Source of the DNA: a virus
IMG/VR virus record: IMGVR_UViG_3300027896_000002
Location: 10,128-74,127 of that record
DNA length: 64,000 nt
Direction: 5' to 3' (one strand)
Shown here: positions 58,221 to 64,000 of the stretch, one piece after another
Position numbering within the stretch: position 1 is the first letter of the stretch
How the letters are laid out: every line of letters begins with the position of its first letter
Position numbers and translations under genes: made by a program
The notes under the pieces: generated by a model
Told to the model about the DNA's origin: nothing
The model's database searches: none
Seen by the model: the letters and a program-made list of their open reading frames with translations, nothing else

Positions 58221-61200
58221 TTAGGACGCTCCAGTCAACTTGGCACCACCTCCTTTTTTAAGGTACTTGTCCAGATAATGGTAAACGTTCCTGAACTCGT
58301 GATGATAAATCCTGATATAGATCACATGGATCAAGACCCCAAAGCCCATAGAGACATTGACCAAAAGGAATAGGCCAGGAAGTTCTTGACCATAACCGTG
58401 GGTCAGTCCCGTCGCGACCACAGCGAAAAACACCCAGATCGGAATGAAATGCACTTTTGACCCTCTTATTTTTTTTCAGGCTTAATCATCAGGCTTGATC
58501 ATGTTGACTTGCACCTGAACTACCTTAATCGCCTCGTCTGACTCAATCACCCCGTGTGAAAGACGATTCCTGACAAAACTCTTTAGGTCATTGTTGTTAA
58601 GCTTTGTCTTCACCTCAACCGTAACTACTTTCTTTTTTGCCTCCATCCTTGATCACCTCCCTTCAACTTTTTCCTGGCCCAACGGACAAATTTCCTTAAG
58701 TCAAATCTCCAAAACGGCGCCTGCCTGTAACGACTTGCCATCAGCCACTCGCAATAACCAATTCCCTCTTCCAAGTTGGCGTCGGTATAGAGCCTAACCC
58801 TTCCCTCATACCGCCCAGTTTGATGCATAAAGTCCCAGATCATCAGCCGGCAGATTGCCATCAGAATTCAATCCCCCTCATTATGGCCAGGGCAGGTGGC
58901 CTTGGCTTTGGCCTTGACCTTGCCTGCTCAAACAAGATTCCCATGCAAAAGCCCCAGGAGAGACCAATAAAAATTCCCAGGATCATTATAATTTTAACCT
59001 GGTGGCTATATTCCCCCTTCAAGGATAATTTTTTCACCTTATTTTTTCCCCCGTCAAAAGGCCATTCATGAAGGCCACGTCTTCCCTTGACAATTTAACT
59101 TTAACCAAGTCATTTTCCACCTCGACGATCAAATTCAGAAATTTGACGCCCTCAGGAAGGACTGGCATGCCCCCGCACCTGCTTTTAATGGCGCCCGCAA
59201 TTTCCCTCAAGTCTATCGCGACGGCAAACAACGGCTCACTCATCTTTCTTCTTCCTCCGAAACAAGTCGGCTATGAGCTTAGCCGACGAGCCAACCCCAC
59301 CGATTCCAACTAAAAGCTGTCCGAGGATCTTAGCCTCTTGGTAAAAGCCTAGCGTTGATTTTATCTTTAAGAGATCGATCATTTCAGGAACGGCCCATAG
59401 GGTAAATCCCAGGACAATGATGCCAATATAAAATTTCCAAGAACCTAACAGCCTTTTCATTTTTATCCCTTATTCAAAGATCCTCAGCAGAAAGCAGGCC
59501 CCAACGGCCAACAAGAGGCATAAGATAAAGACGACAAGCCCTTTCACCTTAGGTCCCCCACCCTGACCTTTCTTGCCTTAAAAAATTTTCTAACTTGAAT
59601 AGGATTTTTCTTCTTTTGGCACGCCTCCAACCCTACCCAACCAAACGTTGGGCCTTTCATTAAGCAGTGGCCTCTCAGCCTACAAAATTCAAGCTTCCAA
59701 TCACACCCCGAGCCTTTTGACGTCTTTTCCTTCACCTTCTACTCCCTCGACGAGGCCTCTGCCATGTCCTTTTCAATCACCCACATGTTGTTCGATTGAA
59801 CGAGCTTCCTCATAGCGGGTCTTTCAAAATTGAACTTGATGGCCTTAATGAACCCTTCCCACCTGACCACCTTATAAGCTAACTTATAATCCCCGTGGTG
59901 AGCGCTTGTGATTATTATCCCAGAAGAATTTCCCCTGAGGCCAATTTGATTTGTCTCTTCTTCAAAGAAGAGGGCCATCTTCGGACACTTGTTGAAACAC
60001 TTTTCCCAGACTTGGTTGGAAAAAGCCAGGGCTTGATTGGAGACCCGAACCGAATCACCTTCAAAATTCAACTTGCCACCTTTTGGAAAATATCTTTTAA
60101 ACATTTTTTAACCCACTCCCCCTTCCATTACTAAGGCCAAATTATTTAATCAACACAGACAGCTTACAAACGGGGCACATCTTCTTAGGCATTCCCTTCC
60201 CAGTATAGAACATCCTGACATGGTGTTCTTTCCCACACCTTGGGCAAAGCGCAATAATTATTCTCCGATCTGACTTGACATCATGGCCTGAACTCATGCA
60301 GCTTAAACTTGTCCTCAACCAATTTGAAAAAGTCTTTCTCGTCAGCCTGCTGGTTTAATAGCTCAACGATCAGGCTGCCATAAATTGAGTCAACTTTTTC
60401 GGCGACCAACAAATCTGACCTTGATTCCCGGTCAAAATTGTCAACGCGAATGATTTTCATGTTTCCTCCCCTGGCAACTTGCCGTCTGGGGCATGGTACC
60501 TTTTGTTGAGCTCAATCCAGATTTCTGGAAAAGCTTGCCGCAGCTTTACGGCGTTGCCACTGTCTGCCCGCCGCATGGCTGCCTGGATCAGGGCATAAAA
60601 CGGCGGGTCGTTGAGCAGCAGCTCCCTTCCAATGACATAGTCAGCGTAGCTCATATCAATTCCTCCTCGACTGTCACGAGGGCCTCGCAGCGAGGGCAAA
60701 GAAACCTGACCATGGTAGGCATGCCCTCGAAGAGCGCGGGAGTTTCCTCAACATATTTAATTGCGGCCCTGGCGACTAAAAACCTACATTCAGTGCAATA
60801 ATAAAACTCTGAATTTTCCACCTTACCTCCAGTTTTGCCACCACCTGTCAAAAAGTTCCTCAAGGTCTTTCATCACCACCCTGTCAGGCACGCCGCCCGT
60901 TGAGGCGCCAGCCATCAAAATATTTCCCCTCTTATCTTCAACTATCCAATAGAAATGACCACTATTGTAGTAATCGTCAAGGCGCTGGGTCAACTTGACG
61001 TGGTAGCCCCTGATTTTCTTTTTTAAGGTATGTTGAACGATCATTCTCGTCTCTTCGCCGCGGCCATGGCATCGTCAAGGTTATCAAGCAATTCTTGTAG
61101 TTCTTTCTTGCACTCGTTACCCCTTATCAGAGTGAGCGCAACGAATTACCCCGGCAATAATTTTTCCGCCTTCACCAACACAATCTCGATTCAAGATCAC

Positions 61201-61863
61201 CCGATCTACCCCAACAGGCCCATCCCCAAGAAAATTCCCAATGTACACGTCAGCGTCATCGGGCAGTTGGTTCAACAATTTAACAAGGTCTTTTTTCTTC
61301 ATCATTTTTCCTTACCTCTATCTTCCCAAAACATCAAACACCTTTATTCTTTCCACCAAAATCAATATCTTGTTTTGGTCCCTGAGGCAGGTCACATTTT
61401 TCAACGGTTTAAGGATTGCTTGTTCCTCAATAGTTATGTGCGCCTCTACCTCTGCGTCCTCGGTTATTAACCCCGCATCCAGTGATTCTTTTATTCTCCT
61501 TAAATGCTCCCTAACTTTCACTTCTTATCCTATCTCCTTGCTGACAGTTGTGCCTTCTCCAAACAGCCCCTTCCGCTGGAGCCTAAGGCGACGGCGCCAC
61601 CTTCTTGAAAAAGCCAAGTTTACTGTGGCTCTTTCAAAGAGGGCCATTTCAGCCTTTTCTTTTTCTGACAGGGGAATCACAACTTCAAAAAGGCCACAAC
61701 CCCCGCCACAAGACCACCTTACCACCTTCTTATCCGCCGACTTAAATTTTAAGGCACCGTGGCACTTGTGACAATGGCGATAGCGAAAGCTTAAAGGCAA
61801 AATGTATCTCATGCCTATATAAACTCCCTTAAGGCAAACGCCTTTCTCCCTCGCCTCTGACAT
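58221..61863 (-). other. Cluster of ~15 small hypothetical ORFs, several zinc-ribbon or membrane type
   Basis: Co-oriented, overlapping short ORFs (e.g. 59739-60104, 60142-60297, 60281-60460, 61525-61863). Confidence 0.55.
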
Positions 61864-62453
61864 TTGGAGTGTCGTAATTTTGACAATGCCCTGGCCTCAA
61901 TCACCCCGATCCTAACTCTAGTAAGGTTAAAGGCTGAACCTATCCTCTCTAAGGTAGCCTCTTCCTCGTCATTGAGGCCAAACCGCATTTCAATGATTTT
62001 TTTCTCCCTCGGAGTTAAATTAACTAAGGCCTCATTAATTTGTTCCTTTAGCTCAATCAGCTCAACGTGTTCATCTAGGTTTAAGTTAGGTCGATTGAGT
62101 TCAGCGAAAATTTTTTCAGACTCTATCTCCAATTGAAAAGATGACCTTCTTGCTTCCCTTAGATGCTCTGGAAAAATTTCCTCACAGGTCTTATTTAAAG
62201 CCTTGCAAATTTTAACTGCCGTAGGGGTCCAGAAAAAAGGACCATTGATTAAGGATAATTGCCGTTTGAATCTTTTAGAATGCGTAGTAATAGGAGACCT
62301 TTTAAAATTTAAATAATCTCCAAGGGATTGAATATTAACTCCTGCCTTCTTGGCAATTTTACTTTGAGAAATTCCCTTGCCCCATAATTCTTCAGCAGCT
62401 TGAAGGATTAAGTTGTTTTTTATTTTCATCAAAAGTCGTAAGTCTTTAGCCAT
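61815..62453 (-). CDS. HTH plus sigma70 region-4 protein
   Basis: LTPREKKIIEMRFGL....TLE.IG..F.LTR.RI..IE.RAL.KLR (RpoD-like region 4); N-terminal SQSKIAKKAGV HTH. Confidence 0.85.
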   Translation of the reverse strand: MAKDLRLLMKIKNNLILQAAEELWGKGISQSKIAKKAGVNIQSLGDYLNFKRSPITTHSKRFKRQLSLINGPFFWTPTAVKICKALNKTCEEIFPEHLREARRSSFQLEIESEKIFAELNRPNLNLDEHVELIELKEQINEALVNLTPREKKIIEMRFGLNDEEEATLERIGSAFNLTRVRIGVIEARALSKLRHSKCQRRGRKAFALREFI

Positions 62454-62460
62454 AGGCCTG

Positions 62461-62490
62461 ATTATAGCTCAGGCCTTTTATAAATGTAAA
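62461..62490 (-). promoter_or_regulatory. Sigma70-type promoter, probably leaderless transcript
   Basis: TTTACA-18 nt-TATAAT, 7 nt before ATG at 62453; no SD. Confidence 0.6.
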
Positions 62491-62558
62491 TCCTTTTTTT
62501 ATGGTCCTTTGAAAATAAAGATCAAAGAGCTGGCACCTATATATAATGATACGGAAAA

Positions 62559-63065
62559 CAAGCCACGTGATGCTCAGAGGCAAGCCATGTGATGCTTAAT
62601 AATTTCAATAGGTTACAAAAAGATGCTATTTATAAGTTATTGATTTTATTAAGCTTCTTTGACTCAGGGTCCAGAGAGATTTCATTCATCAAGTGATGCA
62701 ACTATGAAAATTCTTCATTAACAACTTCAATAAGTTAGGGGACAATTTCCTGGTTGCATCACATGCATCACATGTAGCTTCAATATGTGATGACTATCTA
62801 ACTTTATGAATTTACAACAACTTTTTGAGCTTTTTCTCTTATAAGGGGTAAAAAGACAATGGAAAAAATGTTTTATTTTTTTTTCTTCAAAACATATGAT
62901 GCAAGTGATACATGTGATGATGCTAAATAATTTTAATAACTTAGAGCATAAGACATAGTGATGCAGATGTGATGTTTGATAATAAAACAGATATTGTTAA
63001 GCCCTTGGGAACTTTAGAAAAATACTTTGATTTATTTCTCCCATTGTCTTTTCACCCCTTATAAG
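62559..63065. repeat. Repeat-rich non-coding region (origin or packaging site candidate)
   Basis: About ten GTGATG(C)-like motifs, IHF consensus at 62633-62645, 25-bp inverted repeat 62838-62862/63041-63065. Confidence 0.6.
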
Positions 63066-63187
63066 GGAGACAGAATTTCCTGGACTTATTAAAAGTATTT
63101 ACATTAAATAAAAAGTTTAAAATATTAAATTATTTATTGTACATTGGCCTTAAAGCATGATATAGACATAGGGCTATAAGGTGAGGC

Positions 63188-63622
63188 ATGAAGAAGAGGA
63201 GTTTAGTTAGTAATAGAGCTCGGGTTAAAATTAAAGTTAAAAAGGGAAGACAGAGACGCCATAACATTCCGCTTGAGGAAATTATCAAGGCCTTGGAATT
63301 GAAGAAGGGATTCGTGTCGATGGCAGCTAAGGCTCTTCGCATTACTCATGGCGGCCTTGATAAAAGAATCCATGGCAGTGAGGAGCTGCAAGAGGCCCTT
63401 CGGTTGATTAATGAAAAAAATCTGGATACGTCAGAATCGACCTTGCTTACTTTGATTAGTAAGAAAAATCTTGGTGCAACCACCTTTCACCTTAAGTGTA
63501 AGGGAAAGAACCGAGGCTATGTTGAGCGGCAAGAGTTAGCAGGCCCTGGTGGAGGCCCAATTCCAATTCAACGGTTAACGGTAGAGTTTATAAAGCCAAG
63601 TCAAGTACGAAAGGAAAAGTAA
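63188..63622 (+). CDS. Putative terminase small subunit
   Basis: HTH (G.VS.AAKAL), A..F.LK.KGK.RGYVERQE..G..GGPI; first gene of the + strand operon. Confidence 0.7.
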   Translation: MKKRSLVSNRARVKIKVKKGRQRRHNIPLEEIIKALELKKGFVSMAAKALRITHGGLDKRIHGSEELQEALRLINEKNLDTSESTLLTLISKKNLGATTFHLKCKGKNRGYVERQELAGPGGGPIPIQRLTVEFIKPSQVRKEK

Positions 63623-63651
63623 TGATTTTGCTTGAATTAGGAAAAATACTT

Positions 63652-64000
63652 AATGGGCTTCATCAGATGAACCTCAAAGTCCATGGGATGTTTAATGGGC
63701 TTCATCCAATGAACCTCAAAGTCCATGGGATGTTCAATGGGCTTCATCCAATGAACCTCAAAGTCCATGGGATGTTCAATGGGCTTCATCCAATGAACCT
63801 CAAAGTCCATGGGATGTTCAATGGGCTTCATCCAATGAACCTCAAAGTCCATGGGATGTTCAATGGGCTTCATCCAATGAACCTCAAAGTCCATGGGATG
63901 TTCAATGGGCTTCATCCAATGAACCTCAAAGTCCATGGGATGTTCAATGGGCTTCATCCAATGAACCTCAAAGTCCATGGGATGTTTAATGGGCTTCATC
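63652..64000. repeat. 42-bp near-perfect tandem repeat, 8 copies plus a partial one, running off the window
   Basis: Unit AATGGGCTTCATCCAATGAACCTCAAAGTCCATGGGATGTTC at 63652, 63694 ... 63988. Confidence 0.95.

Noticed and set aside
58470-58500. Fourth hammerhead (CTGATGA...GAAA on - strand)
   Set aside because: No stem II or stem III pairing
63652-64000. CRISPR array
   Set aside because: Units are contiguous near-identical 42-mers with no unique spacers, and no cas genes are present
1-64000. Integrase, DGR/reverse transcriptase or alternative genetic code
   Set aside because: No recombinase or RT motifs seen; long ORFs are intact under the standard code with all three stops in use

Overview
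Most of a tailed dsDNA phage (siphovirus-like) genome, probably infecting a diderm bacterium. The + strand (1-34156) is the late operon. It starts with a 5'-truncated large head protein and an HK97-fold major capsid gene, followed by an ~8.5 kb glycan biosynthesis cluster inserted between the capsid and neck genes (7 glycosyltransferases, a deacetylase, an acyltransferase and an epimerase). Next come neck and tail genes with a programmed -1 frameshift, a GTA-like tail tip, a virion protein ending in a 61-residue poly-Thr tract followed by another GT2 and an acyltransferase, and a lysis module. The - strand (34157-62453) carries PolA, primase, UvrD and SNF2 helicases, and a nucleotide cluster whose ThyA-like enzyme has the dCMP-type Asp. 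It also holds an array of short early genes sharing a repeated AAAAGGAGGAGACC leader. Three intact hammerhead ribozymes and two copies of an unrecognised covarying pseudoknot sit in the slots between those genes. A second tandem pseudoknot motif precedes the capsid gene. The window ends with a repeat-rich divergent intergenic region, a probable terminase small subunit and a 42-bp tandem repeat. No integrase, tRNA or CRISPR array was seen. All calls come from motif reading only; no searches were run.
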